Counted from the stretch's first letter, positions 46,111 through 56,515 are shown. The stretch is DNA of 64,000 nt from Syntrophales bacterium (GCA_963666365.2 CAXXNF010000002.1:1472001-1536000); one strand, 5' to 3'. The notes: generated by a model not told the origin, from the letters alone. Translations and numbers: made by a program.

Positions 46111-47158
46111 GTATAGTGCGCTGCCGAAGAAGGTGGTCGGCGAGGACGATGGCCGTCATGGCCTCGCAGACCGGGATGATGCGGGGGATCACCGATATAT
46201 CGTGTCTTCCACCGATGCGCACGGTGGCGGCGTTTCCGTGACGATCGATTGTCTGCTGCTCACGGGCGATGGATGGAATTGGTTTGCAGGACACGCGCAG
46301 AACGACAGTGTCGCCCGTGGTGATTCCGGCCAGTATCCCCCCGGCGTTGTTGGAAAGAAATCCATCCGGTCCAATCGGGTCGTTCATCTCGCTCCCCCTC
46401 AGGCGGGCCGCCTCACGTCCGGCGCCGACCTCCACAGCCTTGACGGTACCGATGCTCATGAGGGCCTTGGCTAAATCGGCATCCATCTTGTCGAAGACGG
46501 GCTCGCCAAGCCCGGCGGGACATCCCCTGACCAGGATCTCGACGATCCCTCCCAGAGTGTCGCCGCTGCGGCGCGCCTCGTCCAGGGCCGCCTCCATGGA
46601 CTGCGCCGCCTTCCCATCGGGGCAGCACAGCCTGTTTCCGCCGATTTGCGACTCATTAAAGCATGCGGCGGCAATGCCGCCCAGTTCCTGTGTATAGGCA
46701 ACGACTGTCACGCCTTCGGTCAGGATAATTTTTTTCGCCACGGCGCCGGCAGCCACACGGCCAAGGGTCTCCCGTCCCGATGCGCGCCCTCCTCCCCGGT
46801 AATCCCGCATGCCGTATTTCTTATCGTAACTGTAATCACCATGGCCGGGCCGGTAGATGTCGCGCAGCATGTCGTAATCACGGCTCTTCGCATCCCGGTT
46901 CATTACCATGAGTGAAAGGGGGGTCCCTGTCGTTTTGTCCTCAAAAATGCCCGACAGGATTTCCACACGGTCCTCTTCTTTACGGGGGGAAGAAAAAGGA
47001 TCGCCGCCCGGTTTTCTGCGGTCCAGCTCTTTCTGCAGATCTTCAACGGACAGATCGATTCCCGGCGGGCATCCGTCGATGACAACGCCGGTCGCTTTGC
47101 CGTGAGATTCGCCCCATGTGGTAACGGTGAATACCCTGCCTATGGAGTTGCCTGACAT
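46079..47158 (-). CDS. aroC: Chorismate synthase
   Basis: [37 protein letters not shown]. Confidence 0.97.
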   Translation of the reverse strand: MSGNSIGRVFTVTTWGESHGKATGVVIDGCPPGIDLSVEDLQKELDRRKPGGDPFSSPRKEEDRVEILSGIFEDKTTGTPLSLMVMNRDAKSRDYDMLRDIYRPGHGDYSYDKKYGMRDYRGGGRASGRETLGRVAAGAVAKKIILTEGVTVVAYTQELGGIAAACFNESQIGGNRLCCPDGKAAQSMEAALDEARRSGDTLGGIVEILVRGCPAGLGEPVFDKMDADLAKALMSIGTVKAVEVGAGREAARLRGSEMNDPIGPDGFLSNNAGGILAGITTGDTVVLRVSCKPIPSIAREQQTIDRHGNAATVRIGGRHDISVIPRIIPVCEAMTAIVLADHLLRQRTIQQGHFPIFGS

Positions 47159-47688
47159 ATCTCTTTCCCTTCTTTATGCATATAATCGAGGATCTGAACG
47201 GCGGTCTCGTCGGCCGCCGCAGAGGTAGTGTCTATAATCAGATCGGCCATCTCCCGATAGAGAGGCATCCGCTGCTCCAGAATGAGCTCGATCTCATCCG
47301 CAAGCGGATCGTGGGAAAGCGGTGGACGCTCTTCTTCACTTTTTCCATCGACGATCATACGCGCAACGATGGCATCCCGTTCGGCGGTAAGCCAGACGAC
47401 CAGATTACCCTCGGAAAGGCGTCGCCTATTGTCCCCATTTTCCACCGCTCCGCCCCCGGTGGCGATGACCCTTCCCTGCGCGGTGGCGACCTCTTCAATC
47501 ACCTCATGTTCGTGCGCGCGAAAGAAACTCCACCCTCTCTCTGCGACCATCCGTGAGATCGACTGACCTACACGCGCCTGCACAACGTCGTCGGTATCCA
47601 TAACGGGCAGGTGCAGCATCCGTCCGAGCGCCCTCGCCACCGTCGATTTGCCTGTGCACCGGTATCCTATGAGTACCACGTTATTCAT
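47140..47688 (-). CDS. aroK: Shikimate kinase
   Basis: [22 protein letters not shown]. Confidence 0.93.
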   Translation of the reverse strand: MNNVVLIGYRCTGKSTVARALGRMLHLPVMDTDDVVQARVGQSISRMVAERGWSFFRAHEHEVIEEVATAQGRVIATGGGAVENGDNRRRLSEGNLVVWLTAERDAIVARMIVDGKSEEERPPLSHDPLADEIELILEQRMPLYREMADLIIDTTSAAADETAVQILDYMHKEGKEICQATP

Positions 47689-48950
47689 AGTGACAGCTCC
47701 TCCATTACATCCCAGAATGTGGGAAAGGACTTGGCCACCGTCCCTTCATTTTTTATCTTCATCCCTTGCACGGCAAGTCCCGCTGCGGCAAAGCTCATGG
47801 CAATGCGGTGATCATTGTATGTTTCTATCTCGGCGCCCCGCAGGTCGCCGCCCCAAATGACCATCCCGTCGTCCCGTTCTTCGGCCCGCGCACCGATTTT
47901 TCTTAATTCGCATACCGTCGCCTCGATGCGGTCGCTTTCCTTGAACCGAAGGTGCGGCACCCTGGAAATGCGCGTGCAACCGGGCCGGAAGGCGGCCAGC
48001 AGGGCTACCGTGGGCACGAGATCGGGCATACCGCCCATATCGAACTGAAAATCCCCTGCGGCAAGATTCCTGCCCTGCACGTCAATCCAGTCCACACCTT
48101 TTTCAACCCTGCATCCGAGCGTCTCCAGAATCGAAAGAAATCCTATGTCCCCCTGCTTCGTGCCATGGTGTATGTTGGTGACCCGGACCTTCCCCTTGAG
48201 TATGGCGGCAGCCAGAAAAAAATAGGAGGCGCTGGACACATCCCCTTCGACGCGATACCGTGTTCCCCGGTACTTTTGACGGGCTCTGATAAAATAGTCA
48301 CTGTTGCTCAGCGAAAGGACCTTCACACCGAAATGCCCCATGACATCGGTGGTGATATCGATATAGGGTTTTGACACCGCGCTTCCTTTCAGCGCGAGGG
48401 TTACATCATCCGCCGCATAGGGCGCCGATATGAGAATTGACGATATATATTGGCTGCTCTCCGGATTTTCTATGACAATTCTCCCCCCTTCGATGCCACC
48501 GCCTTTGACCTCAACGGGAGGGCAGCCGTCATTATGCAGGCTGCCGCAGTCGACACCAGCGGCTTTCAGGGCCTTCAGAAGGGTTCCCATGGGCCTCTGG
48601 CGGAGACGTTCATTTCCATCAAGAATGGAAACGCCCCGCCCAAGCGCCGCCATTGTCATGAGAAACCGAAAGGCCGTTCCGTTGTTCCCCAGGTAGATCG
48701 GTTCTCCCGGTGTCGTCAGCGCACCCCCCGTTCCACTCACAATGATGTCGTCATCGGCAACCAGAATCTGGGCGCCGAACGCGCGAAGCGCATCTATGAG
48801 GAAGCCCGTATCCTCCGATATAAGGCAATTGCGCAAAAAGCTTCTTCCTTCCGCCAGTGCCGCAATCACGAGGGCTCTCTGCGTATAGCTTTTAGAACCG
48901 GGCATTGCAACGGTGGCATTGAGATGTGTGATCCTTTTAATTTCTTTCAT
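47685..48950 (-). CDS. aroA: EPSP synthase
   Basis: PGSKS, GNNGTAFR, RP, SSQY, KESDR, DHRIAM, KSFP. Confidence 0.97.
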   Translation of the reverse strand: MKEIKRITHLNATVAMPGSKSYTQRALVIAALAEGRSFLRNCLISEDTGFLIDALRAFGAQILVADDDIIVSGTGGALTTPGEPIYLGNNGTAFRFLMTMAALGRGVSILDGNERLRQRPMGTLLKALKAAGVDCGSLHNDGCPPVEVKGGGIEGGRIVIENPESSQYISSILISAPYAADDVTLALKGSAVSKPYIDITTDVMGHFGVKVLSLSNSDYFIRARQKYRGTRYRVEGDVSSASYFFLAAAILKGKVRVTNIHHGTKQGDIGFLSILETLGCRVEKGVDWIDVQGRNLAAGDFQFDMGGMPDLVPTVALLAAFRPGCTRISRVPHLRFKESDRIEATVCELRKIGARAEERDDGMVIWGGDLRGAEIETYNDHRIAMSFAAAGLAVQGMKIKNEGTVAKSFPTFWDVMEELSL

Positions 48951-49755
48951 GTGTCAGATGATCCCGCACCACTCGCATCATCGCTTCCACGGGTGGTTCC
49001 TTTCCTGTCCATAGACGTAGTTGCTGGCCGCCCTGGTGCACGAACATTGCCAGACCCGAAAGGGCCGTGCACCCGGTCTTCACCGCATCTTTCATGAGTG
49101 TGGTTTCCAGGGGATTGTAGATGGTGTCCATCACCCAGGCAAATCGTTCAAGCACGGACTGCGCCACCGGCGATTGACCGACATTTGGCCACATACCCAC
49201 AGGGGTTGTGTTGATAAGACAGTCCGCATCGACGGTGCGCACATCGGCAAGAGGCACGAACTCACAGTTCATGTCCCGGGCGACCTCCTTTCCGCGCGGC
49301 ACCGTGCGATTAAGGAGCAGCGGCGCTCCCCCGTTTTTTTTTATGCAATAGATGACCGCCCGCGCGGCACCGCCGGCCCCCAGAACGGCATACCGCCTGC
49401 CCGCGATTGTCATCACCTCCGCGAGGGCCCGCTCCACGCCCAGCCAGTCGGTATTGTCGCCTCTCAATTTCCCGTCACTTTCTATTACGGTATTGACGGC
49501 GCCAATCGCACGGGCGTCCTCCGAGAGCTCATCGAGAAAATTCATGACAGCGACTTTATGGGGAATCGTGACGCTTGCCCCTTCAATCCCCATGGACCTG
49601 ATACAACCGACAATGTCCTGCGCCCGGCTCACCGCCACTGCCCGGTAATGACCGCGGATTCCCATTTGATCAAAGGCATACGTCATCATCAGAGGCGACA
49701 CACTGTGTGCCACAGGATTCCCAAAAAGGGCAAACCGCCGAACCATACCTTCCAT
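48937..49755 (-). CDS. aroE: Shikimate dehydrogenase
   Basis: GNPVAHSVSP, VTIPHK, GAVNT, NTD, GAGGAARA, NRT. Confidence 0.96.
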   Translation of the reverse strand: MEGMVRRFALFGNPVAHSVSPLMMTYAFDQMGIRGHYRAVAVSRAQDIVGCIRSMGIEGASVTIPHKVAVMNFLDELSEDARAIGAVNTVIESDGKLRGDNTDWLGVERALAEVMTIAGRRYAVLGAGGAARAVIYCIKKNGGAPLLLNRTVPRGKEVARDMNCEFVPLADVRTVDADCLINTTPVGMWPNVGQSPVAQSVLERFAWVMDTIYNPLETTLMKDAVKTGCTALSGLAMFVHQGGQQLRLWTGKEPPVEAMMRVVRDHLTHERN

Positions 49756-49771
49756 ACCCTTCCCCTCTTCA

Positions 49772-49806
49772 ACTTTTCCTACTTTTCCTACTCTTCCTAC
49801 TTTTCA
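49772..49806. repeat. Short 9-bp tandem repeat (ACTTTTCCT x~4) between aroD and aroE
   Basis: ACTTTTCCT ACTTTTCCT ACTCTTCCT ACTTTTCA. Confidence 0.6.
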
Positions 49807-50484
49807 TACCCTCACCACTTTCATGATCGTCTTCGCCTCCTCCAGGGTCAGCTGCCCCGGCGCTGTCACCTGAGCGTCATCGAGGGCGACATAGCTCATC
49901 CATGACCCGAAAGACGGGGCTGCAATTCGGCTGATTCTCCCCTTCTCTCCCATGCAGAACCCGATGATCCGCTGTCCCATGGCGTCCGCCCACTGCACCA
50001 GTTCCAGAAGCCTGAGATTATCCTTCATATGGCAGGCCATAGTGACAATTTTCACAATGTGGGCGCCGTGCCGGCGGGATTCTTCCACAACGGATCGCAG
50101 TTTCCTCATTCCCGGGGTTCCTTCGAAGTCGTGATAGGAGAGAATCAGCTCCGTCCTGCCGCTGCTGTTTTCCACGGAATGCACTATCCGCCCACGCCAC
50201 TCCCTGTCGGTTCTCAACTCAACATCCACCATGTCGGCCCCCAGGGCAACCGCCTCGAGCAGAAGGGCGCAGCGCCTCTCCTCGCTTCCGGAAAAAAAGC
50301 CCCCCTCGTCTCTTCTTCTGTTCGTGACCAGTATTGTTCCTTTGCGATTTGTCAGCAGCATTGAGAGATCCGGCTTATCGAGGGCATCAATGCGCATCTC
50401 CACTACATCGGCGCAGGACGCACACCGGGCCATGGATTGAATCGCCTCTTCGTTGGTGGCGACACAGAGGGGGATGCAGATCAT
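49804..50484 (-). CDS. aroD: Type I 3-dehydroquinate dehydratase
   Basis: EMRID, EGG, SYHDF, IVKI, MGEKGRISR, APGQ. Confidence 0.93.
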   Translation of the reverse strand: MICIPLCVATNEEAIQSMARCASCADVVEMRIDALDKPDLSMLLTNRKGTILVTNRRRDEGGFFSGSEERRCALLLEAVALGADMVDVELRTDREWRGRIVHSVENSSGRTELILSYHDFEGTPGMRKLRSVVEESRRHGAHIVKIVTMACHMKDNLRLLELVQWADAMGQRIIGFCMGEKGRISRIAAPSFGSWMSYVALDDAQVTAPGQLTLEEAKTIMKVVRV

Positions 50485-51563
50485 GATTCCGGGTCTCCCA
50501 CGGGGTATGATCCCAGCAGTTTGACAAAGGTACAGGCCTCTTGAATCTGTTCGAGAGAGGCGGCGACCTTTTCATCATCGGCATGTCCGATGAAATCAAC
50601 GAAGAACAGATATTCCCATATCCGCTCTCGCACGGGATGGGACACAATCTTTGTGAGATTAATTCCCCGGTCGCTGAAGGGGGCAAGTGCATGAAGCAGT
50701 GCCCCCGGTTCGTGGCGAACGCTGAAGAGTATGGACGTCTTATCTTTGCCCGTCGCACGATTGATCCCTCGCCCGAGTATGAGAAACCGGGTCACGTTTA
50801 CGGGATGATCCTCTATGCCTTCGGCGATGATGTCAAGCCCGTAGGTCAAGGCCGCCGCCTTGCTTCCCACGGCCGCCGCCTCTTTATCGTCCAGGACGCG
50901 TCGCGCCGCCTTTGCCGTGCTTTCCTCCTCACAAAGTTCGCAATGGGGCAGATTGTTCCGAAGCCACCGCTGGCACTGGGCAAGGGCCTGCGGATGGGAA
51001 TAGACCCTTTTCAGCAGATCCATTTTTCCGCCTACCGACAGAAGGCAGTGGCTGATGGGAAGATAGACATCACCCACAATATTGAGCGGAGTGGAAATTA
51101 ACTTATCCAGCGTCTGCTTTACGGAACCTTCCAGTGAATTTTCCACGGGAACCACTCCAAAATCGGCTCTTCCCTTTTCCACTTCTTCACACACATCGAA
51201 GACCGTGGGCTGCGCCGAAAGATCCTGGGCGCCGCCGAAGTGAGAGCGCGCCGCCAGATGGGTGAAAGAGGCCTCCGGCCCCAGATAGGCAACAGTAACC
51301 GGTCTCTGCAGGGAGCGCGATATCGAGAGAATTTCACGATAAACCTGCCTGAGTGCAGCGGCGCTCATAGGACCCTTGCTTATCGCCTCCAGATGGGAAC
51401 AGAGTTCATGCTCACGGCAGGGGTCGTACACCTCACAACCGCGTTCCCTTTTAAATGCGCCTATCTGAATCGACAGCCCGGCCCGTTCGTTCAAAAGCCG
51501 CACAATTTCTTCATCCAGTGTAAGTATGCGCGCTCTCAATTGTTCTAATCTATCCGCCATCAC
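50481..51563 (-). CDS. pheA: Chorismate mutase/prephenate dehydratase (P-protein)
   Basis: N-terminal AroQ domain, YLGP, PVENSLEG, SHPQALAQC, TRF, ACT domain. Confidence 0.96.
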   Translation of the reverse strand: MMADRLEQLRARILTLDEEIVRLLNERAGLSIQIGAFKRERGCEVYDPCREHELCSHLEAISKGPMSAAALRQVYREILSISRSLQRPVTVAYLGPEASFTHLAARSHFGGAQDLSAQPTVFDVCEEVEKGRADFGVVPVENSLEGSVKQTLDKLISTPLNIVGDVYLPISHCLLSVGGKMDLLKRVYSHPQALAQCQRWLRNNLPHCELCEEESTAKAARRVLDDKEAAAVGSKAAALTYGLDIIAEGIEDHPVNVTRFLILGRGINRATGKDKTSILFSVRHEPGALLHALAPFSDRGINLTKIVSHPVRERIWEYLFFVDFIGHADDEKVAASLEQIQEACTFVKLLGSYPVGDPES

Positions 51564-52654
51564 ATCCTCAGTTCTTCAATGGTGTCTTTTACCGTTTGCT
51601 CGTCTATTGAACCGTTTATGAAGGGCATTCCTATTTTTTTGAGGAGTACAAAGTGCAGCTCGCTATTCTGCCGTTTCTTGTCGCGCTGCATGTGACGTAG
51701 TATACCCGTCGTGTCCATGGTATCGGGAATTACGGTGGGCAATCCCAGTGAACGAATAAGCCTTTCGATCCGCTGTCGTTCCGCCGCCCCCAGGTGCCCC
51801 CTTTTCTCCGAAATACGGCCCGCAGCGATCATCCCCAGAGAGACCGCGCTTCCATGGGACATGGTATAGGCCGACTGCGCCTCCAGGGCATGGCCGAGCG
51901 TATGGCCGAAATTGAGTATGCGTCGCATTCCCCTGTCCTGCTCGTCGATTTCGACAATGCTCTTTTTAATTTTACAGGCCTGTTCCACCACACTCTGCAG
52001 CAGTTCCATATCCCCCTCGACGAGTTTTTCACCGTCACGCTCGAGTAAGGAAAAGAGATCGACATCGTCGATAATACCGTATTTCACGATTTCCGCCAGC
52101 CCGTTTTTTATTTCCTGTGAGGGCAGACTTTGCAGGAATTGAAGATCAATGAATACAAAACGCGGTTGATAGAAGGCGCCCAGGAGATTTTTCCCCTCAG
52201 GCAGGTCAATGCCCGTTTTCCCTCCCACGCTGCTGTCCACCTGGGCAAGGAGTGTGGTGGGTATCTGAATATAGGGAATTGACCGCATGTAGAGAGATGC
52301 TGCAAATCCCACAATATCGCCTGTCACGCCGCCGCCAAGGGCAATGAGCGCCGTTTCCCTGTCGGCCCCCAGTTCCACGAGACGGCGGGAAATGGAAACG
52401 ACCGTTTCCGGGGTTTTGGACTCCTCCCCTGCGGGAAATTCCATAATGTCCGCAGAAAGTCCCGCATCTTTCAGCATCGACATCACTTTTTCGCCATAGA
52501 GCGCCGCTACCGTCGAGTCGGCGATTACCACATAACGTCGGGCCAGGTTACTCTTGGCAATGACCATGGCCGCCCTGTCAAGAATACCCTTTCCGATACA
52601 TATTTCATAGGAATGATTCGTTTTTTTGGTCAGCGACAGCTTCAAACGTTTCAT
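51560..52654 (-). CDS. aroB: 3-dehydroquinate synthase
   Basis: GEESK, GGGVTGD, PTTLLAQVDSSVGGKTG, LNFGHTLGHALE, DKK. Confidence 0.97.
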   Translation of the reverse strand: MKRLKLSLTKKTNHSYEICIGKGILDRAAMVIAKSNLARRYVVIADSTVAALYGEKVMSMLKDAGLSADIMEFPAGEESKTPETVVSISRRLVELGADRETALIALGGGVTGDIVGFAASLYMRSIPYIQIPTTLLAQVDSSVGGKTGIDLPEGKNLLGAFYQPRFVFIDLQFLQSLPSQEIKNGLAEIVKYGIIDDVDLFSLLERDGEKLVEGDMELLQSVVEQACKIKKSIVEIDEQDRGMRRILNFGHTLGHALEAQSAYTMSHGSAVSLGMIAAGRISEKRGHLGAAERQRIERLIRSLGLPTVIPDTMDTTGILRHMQRDKKRQNSELHFVLLKKIGMPFINGSIDEQTVKDTIEELRM

Positions 52655-53679
52655 TGGCGCACCCCTTTTGCCTCTTTCATAAGGTTCTCCAGTGTCCGGA
52701 TCTGATCCATGAATTCATAGAACCGTTCAGGTTTAAGGGACTGAGCCCCGTCAGATACGGCCTTTTCAGGTTCCGGATGAATCTCGATCATCACCCCGTC
52801 GGCGCCTACCGCCAGAGCGCTTTTCGCCAGGGGAAGCACATACTTCCAGTTGCCGGCGGCATGACTGGGATCGATGATCACGGGAAGATGGGTCAATTCC
52901 TTCAGCACAGGAACCGCGCTGATGTCCAGGGTGTTGCGCGTTGCCGTTTCAAAGGTCCGGATGCCCCGCTCGCAGAGAATTACCCGGTCGTTTCCTTCGG
53001 ACAGTATGTACTCCGCCGACATAAGGAGTTCTTCTATGGTGGTCATCAATCCCCTTTTCAGGAATACCGGCTTCTTCGCTTTTCCCACGCGCTTCAGAAG
53101 CGCAAAATTCTGCGTGTTTCGGGCACCGATTTGAAGAATGTCCGCATATTGCTCAACCACGTCCACTTCGGTGGTGTTCATCACCTCCGTAATGATGGGA
53201 AGTCCCGTTTTATCCCCTGCGTCCCTCAGTATCTTCAGCCCTTCCTCCTCCATGCCCTGGAAACTGTAAGGGGAGGTTCTCGGTTTGTAGGCGCCGCCCC
53301 TGATGATATTGGCGCCCCCTTTTTTTGCAATCACGGCGCTTTCCATCATCTGCTCTTCGCTCTCGATGGAACAGGGTCCGGCAATTACCACAAAGTCGGG
53401 ACCGCCGATGTGGACATCGCCCACGCGAATGATCGTATCACACTCCCTGGACTCACGGCTCGCAAGTTTATAAGGCTTGAGGATCGGAATCACTTTTTCG
53501 ACACCGGCAAGATTCTCGATAAATTTTACCTGCCCGCTGGGTCTGTTGCTGCCAACGGCACCGATAATAGTCCGTTCCACCCCGTGTGAGGGATGCGCAT
53601 GGTACCCTACCGATTGAATCCACTCAATCACCTTGCCCACCTGTTGTTCCGTCGCATTTTTCTTCATGACAATAATCAC
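52651..53679 (-). CDS. aroF: DAHP synthase type I-beta with N-terminal ferredoxin-like regulatory domain
   Basis: AGPCSIES, KPRTSPYSFQG, QIGARN, KRG, CERGIR, DPSH. GTG 53679 follows AAAGGAGAGG. Confidence 0.95.
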   Translation of the reverse strand: MIIVMKKNATEQQVGKVIEWIQSVGYHAHPSHGVERTIIGAVGSNRPSGQVKFIENLAGVEKVIPILKPYKLASRESRECDTIIRVGDVHIGGPDFVVIAGPCSIESEEQMMESAVIAKKGGANIIRGGAYKPRTSPYSFQGMEEEGLKILRDAGDKTGLPIITEVMNTTEVDVVEQYADILQIGARNTQNFALLKRVGKAKKPVFLKRGLMTTIEELLMSAEYILSEGNDRVILCERGIRTFETATRNTLDISAVPVLKELTHLPVIIDPSHAAGNWKYVLPLAKSALAVGADGVMIEIHPEPEKAVSDGAQSLKPERFYEFMDQIRTLENLMKEAKGVRQ

Positions 53680-53703
53680 TTGACCTCTCCTTTCAACGAG
53701 AAA

Positions 53704-53784
53704 GGCCGTGGCGAATTCTTTTTTCACCACGGCCCAAAAATAAAAAGCCATGGTGCGGATCCTCTCTCGATCCGCCCATGGCCT
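53704..53784 (-). terminator. aro operon attenuator hairpins
   Basis: Minus strand GGCCATGG-GCGGATC..GATCCGC-A-CCATGGC-TTTTTATTTTT, then GGCCGTGGTGAA..TTCGCCACGGCC-TTT. Confidence 0.8.
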
Positions 53785-53808
53785 TGAATTCTATTTTATT
53801 GTGTGTTT

Positions 53809-53898
53809 CTAACTTCTCCAGGCAAAGGGACAGACCGAGGTATGATAAAAATACCAGTAAAAGCTAAAATAGTTGTCTGCCCTGCAGTTAATGCCCAT
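53809..53898 (-). CDS. Aromatic amino acid leader peptide MGINCRADNYFSFYWYFYHTSVCPFAWRS
   Basis: AAAGGA RBS; 29 codons with the run YFSFYWYFY; lies just upstream of the terminator hairpins and aroF. Confidence 0.85.
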   Translation of the reverse strand: MGINCRADNYFSFYWYFYHTSVCPFAWRS

Positions 53899-53968
53899 TC
53901 TCTATCCTTTGACTCACTGTCAATTAGCGGGTGATTCAATCATAAATAATTATATCTGTCAATATAAA

Positions 53969-54094
53969 AATGGGGACACTTCCCTATTTAATCGTTAGGA
54001 TCGTTAATAACGTTATGAGCGTTTAGATCGTTGGTATCAAAACGTTCTCAACGCTCTGAACACTTTTCATTAAATAGAGGGAAGTGTCCCTATT
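53969..54094. repeat. Paired-hairpin element, copy C
   Basis: AATGGGGACACTTCCCTATTTAA ... TTAAATAGAGGGAAGTGTCCCTATT, with the CGTT/AACG interior. Confidence 0.88.
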
Positions 54095-56227
54095 TTACTT
54101 CATGGAAAGCGATATTCGTCCCCGTGCACGGTCTATACCGGTCACGGTGACTGTGACGTTCTGATTGACCTTGACGACATCATGGGGATGTTTCACAAAT
54201 CTGTCGGCCATCTCGCTGATATGGACGAGGCCGTCGCGATGCACACCGATATCGACAAAGGCGCCGAAGGCCGTTACATTGGTCACCACACCCGGCAGCC
54301 GCATTCCCTGTTCGAGGTCGGAAATATCATTGATGCCTTCTTTGAAATGATACAGGGTGAACTCGCTGCGGGGGTCCCTCCCCGGCTTTGCCAGTTCGGT
54401 CATGATATCGCGCAGCGTCGGCATTCCCACCGAAGCGGTCACATATCGTTCCGGCTGAATCTGCGCTCTCACGTCGGCACGGGCAAGCAGGTCCTCTACG
54501 GTGACGCCGCAGTCCGCCGCCATGGCTTCCACAATAGCATATCGCTCGGGATGGACGGCTGAGGCATCCAGGGGGTTTTCACCGCCTCGAATTCGTAAAA
54601 ATCCTGCCGCCTGCTCGAAGGTCCGGGGACCCATGCCCGAAACGTTCATCAGATCCTTTCGCGAGAGGAAAGGACCTTCGCAATCCCGAAAGGCAACAAT
54701 CGCCGCTGCAAGTCTCTCGGACAACCCCGACACGTACCCGAGAATCTGTCTGCTCGCCGTATTCACATCCACCCCCACCGCATTGACACAACTCACCACG
54801 ACATCATCCAGGGCCGTCTTCAGAAGACGCTGATCCACATCGTGCTGGTACTGGCCCACACCGATTGATTTCGGATCAATTTTTACCAGTTCAGCCAGGG
54901 GATCCATAAGGCGCCTGCCGATTGATACGGCACCACGGACCGTCACATCCTGATCGGGAAACTCCTCCCGCGCTGCTTCCGAGGCCGAGTAGATGGAGGC
55001 ACCGCTTTCGTTTACCATCACGATAACAGGCGGTTTCGCACACTCGATACCCTTCAAAAAGAGCTCCGCCTCGCGTCCCCCTGTACCGTTCCCCACCGCA
55101 ATCGCCTCGACATTGAATTTTTCCACAAGATCCCTCAGGAGAACCGTGGCTTCTTTGACCTTTTTATGCGGTTCCAGGGGATAGATTGTCTCCGTGGCCA
55201 GAAGTTTTCCTTGAGGATCAAGACAGGCCACCTTGCAGCCCGTGCGCAATCCCGGATCAACGGCAAGCACCGCCTTTTGCCCAAGCGGCGGGGCGAGCAA
55301 AAGATTGCGAAGATTTTCGGCAAAGACTTTCACCGCCTCCTCATCGGCCCTGACCTTCGTCTCCAGGCGCATTTCCGTTTCCAGTGAAAGAGAAAGAAGA
55401 CGGCGGTAACTGTCTTTTGCTGCCAGGGCCATCTGACGGGCTGTTTCGCTTTCGCCGCGGACAAACCTTCTTTCCAAAAGTGCCAGGGCATCCTCCTCAC
55501 CGGCAAGAATCCGGAACCGGAGCACACCTTCAGCCGCTCCCCGGCGAATCGCCAGCACGCGATGGGACGGGGCCGCCATGGCAGGTTCCCGCCATTCATA
55601 ATAGTCCCTGAACTTTATCCCCTTTTCTTCCATATCCTTTGCCACGGATGACGTCAGCACTCCCGTGGCGCGGAAGAGTTCGCGGAGCTCCGCCCGAACA
55701 TCCCCGTCTTCGTTGATCCATTCGGCAATGATATCCCGAGCCCCCGCCAGGGCATCATCGGTACTCCCAACCCCCTTCCCGGCATCAACAAAGGAGGAAG
55801 CCATCTCGTGAGGATTCACGGTTTCATATGTAAAGACCGCCTTTGCCAGGGGCTCCAGCCCCCTTTCAAGAGCCGCCATACCCCGGGTCCGACGCTTCGG
55901 TCGGTAAGGCAGGTACAGATCCTCCAGAATCGGGAGCGTCTCTGCGGCTTCTACCTTCCGACGAAGTTCATCGGTAAACGCCCCCTGCTCCTCCAGCGAT
56001 TTTATGATGGCGGCGCGACGCGCATCAAGCTCACGAAGGCGGAGCAGACCGTCGCGTATCGCAATAATGGCAACCTCGTCCAGCCCCCCGGTGATTTCCT
56101 TTCGATATCGGGCAATGAAGGGTACCGTCGCCCCATTTTCAAGAAGACCGGCTGCGGCCTCTACCTTATGCGGGTCCAGCGCAAGGTCCCCGGCAATTTT
56201 TATAATATGGACATCGTTTCGGGTCAT
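54095..56227 (-). CDS. tex: Tex-family RNA-binding transcription accessory protein
   Basis: GATVPFIARYRKE, DPGLRTGCK, NESGASIYSAS, DPKSIGVGQYQHDV, S1 domain. Confidence 0.96.
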   Translation of the reverse strand: MTRNDVHIIKIAGDLALDPHKVEAAAGLLENGATVPFIARYRKEITGGLDEVAIIAIRDGLLRLRELDARRAAIIKSLEEQGAFTDELRRKVEAAETLPILEDLYLPYRPKRRTRGMAALERGLEPLAKAVFTYETVNPHEMASSFVDAGKGVGSTDDALAGARDIIAEWINEDGDVRAELRELFRATGVLTSSVAKDMEEKGIKFRDYYEWREPAMAAPSHRVLAIRRGAAEGVLRFRILAGEEDALALLERRFVRGESETARQMALAAKDSYRRLLSLSLETEMRLETKVRADEEAVKVFAENLRNLLLAPPLGQKAVLAVDPGLRTGCKVACLDPQGKLLATETIYPLEPHKKVKEATVLLRDLVEKFNVEAIAVGNGTGGREAELFLKGIECAKPPVIVMVNESGASIYSASEAAREEFPDQDVTVRGAVSIGRRLMDPLAELVKIDPKSIGVGQYQHDVDQRLLKTALDDVVVSCVNAVGVDVNTASRQILGYVSGLSERLAAAIVAFRDCEGPFLSRKDLMNVSGMGPRTFEQAAGFLRIRGGENPLDASAVHPERYAIVEAMAADCGVTVEDLLARADVRAQIQPERYVTASVGMPTLRDIMTELAKPGRDPRSEFTLYHFKEGINDISDLEQGMRLPGVVTNVTAFGAFVDIGVHRDGLVHISEMADRFVKHPHDVVKVNQNVTVTVTGIDRARGRISLSMK

Positions 56228-56270
56228 CTGGTCTGTCTGGTCTGTCTGGTCTGTCTGGTCTGTCTGGTCT
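56228..56270 (-). repeat. 9-bp tandem repeat (ACCAGACAG, ~4.7 units) abutting the tex start codon
   Basis: Minus strand AG ACCAGACAG x4 ACCAG ATG. Confidence 0.9.
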
Positions 56271-56515
56271 TACAAGAGAAGCATGGCGAAGAGAAATAGC
56301 AGTGGAACGAAGATTTGTAAAGATGAATTATGAAATAGGTGAAATAAACAGCATCTTGTTTTAATTTGACAGGAATATATCGCCTTTAGTAGCATCACTG
56401 GCTGTGTCCAGTCGTAATAATTTTACAGACCACAGGCGATATGGTAGGGTACGCAGTATCGGCATGAGCTTTTGGAAAAACAAAGGTCCGAAACTACCTG
56501 CTTCAGCCGTAAAAT

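Noticed and set aside
52651..53751. Extended aroF start at 53751 from the ORF track
   Set aside because: The extension crosses the attenuator hairpins; GTG 53679 has a strong RBS and matches the usual N-terminus.
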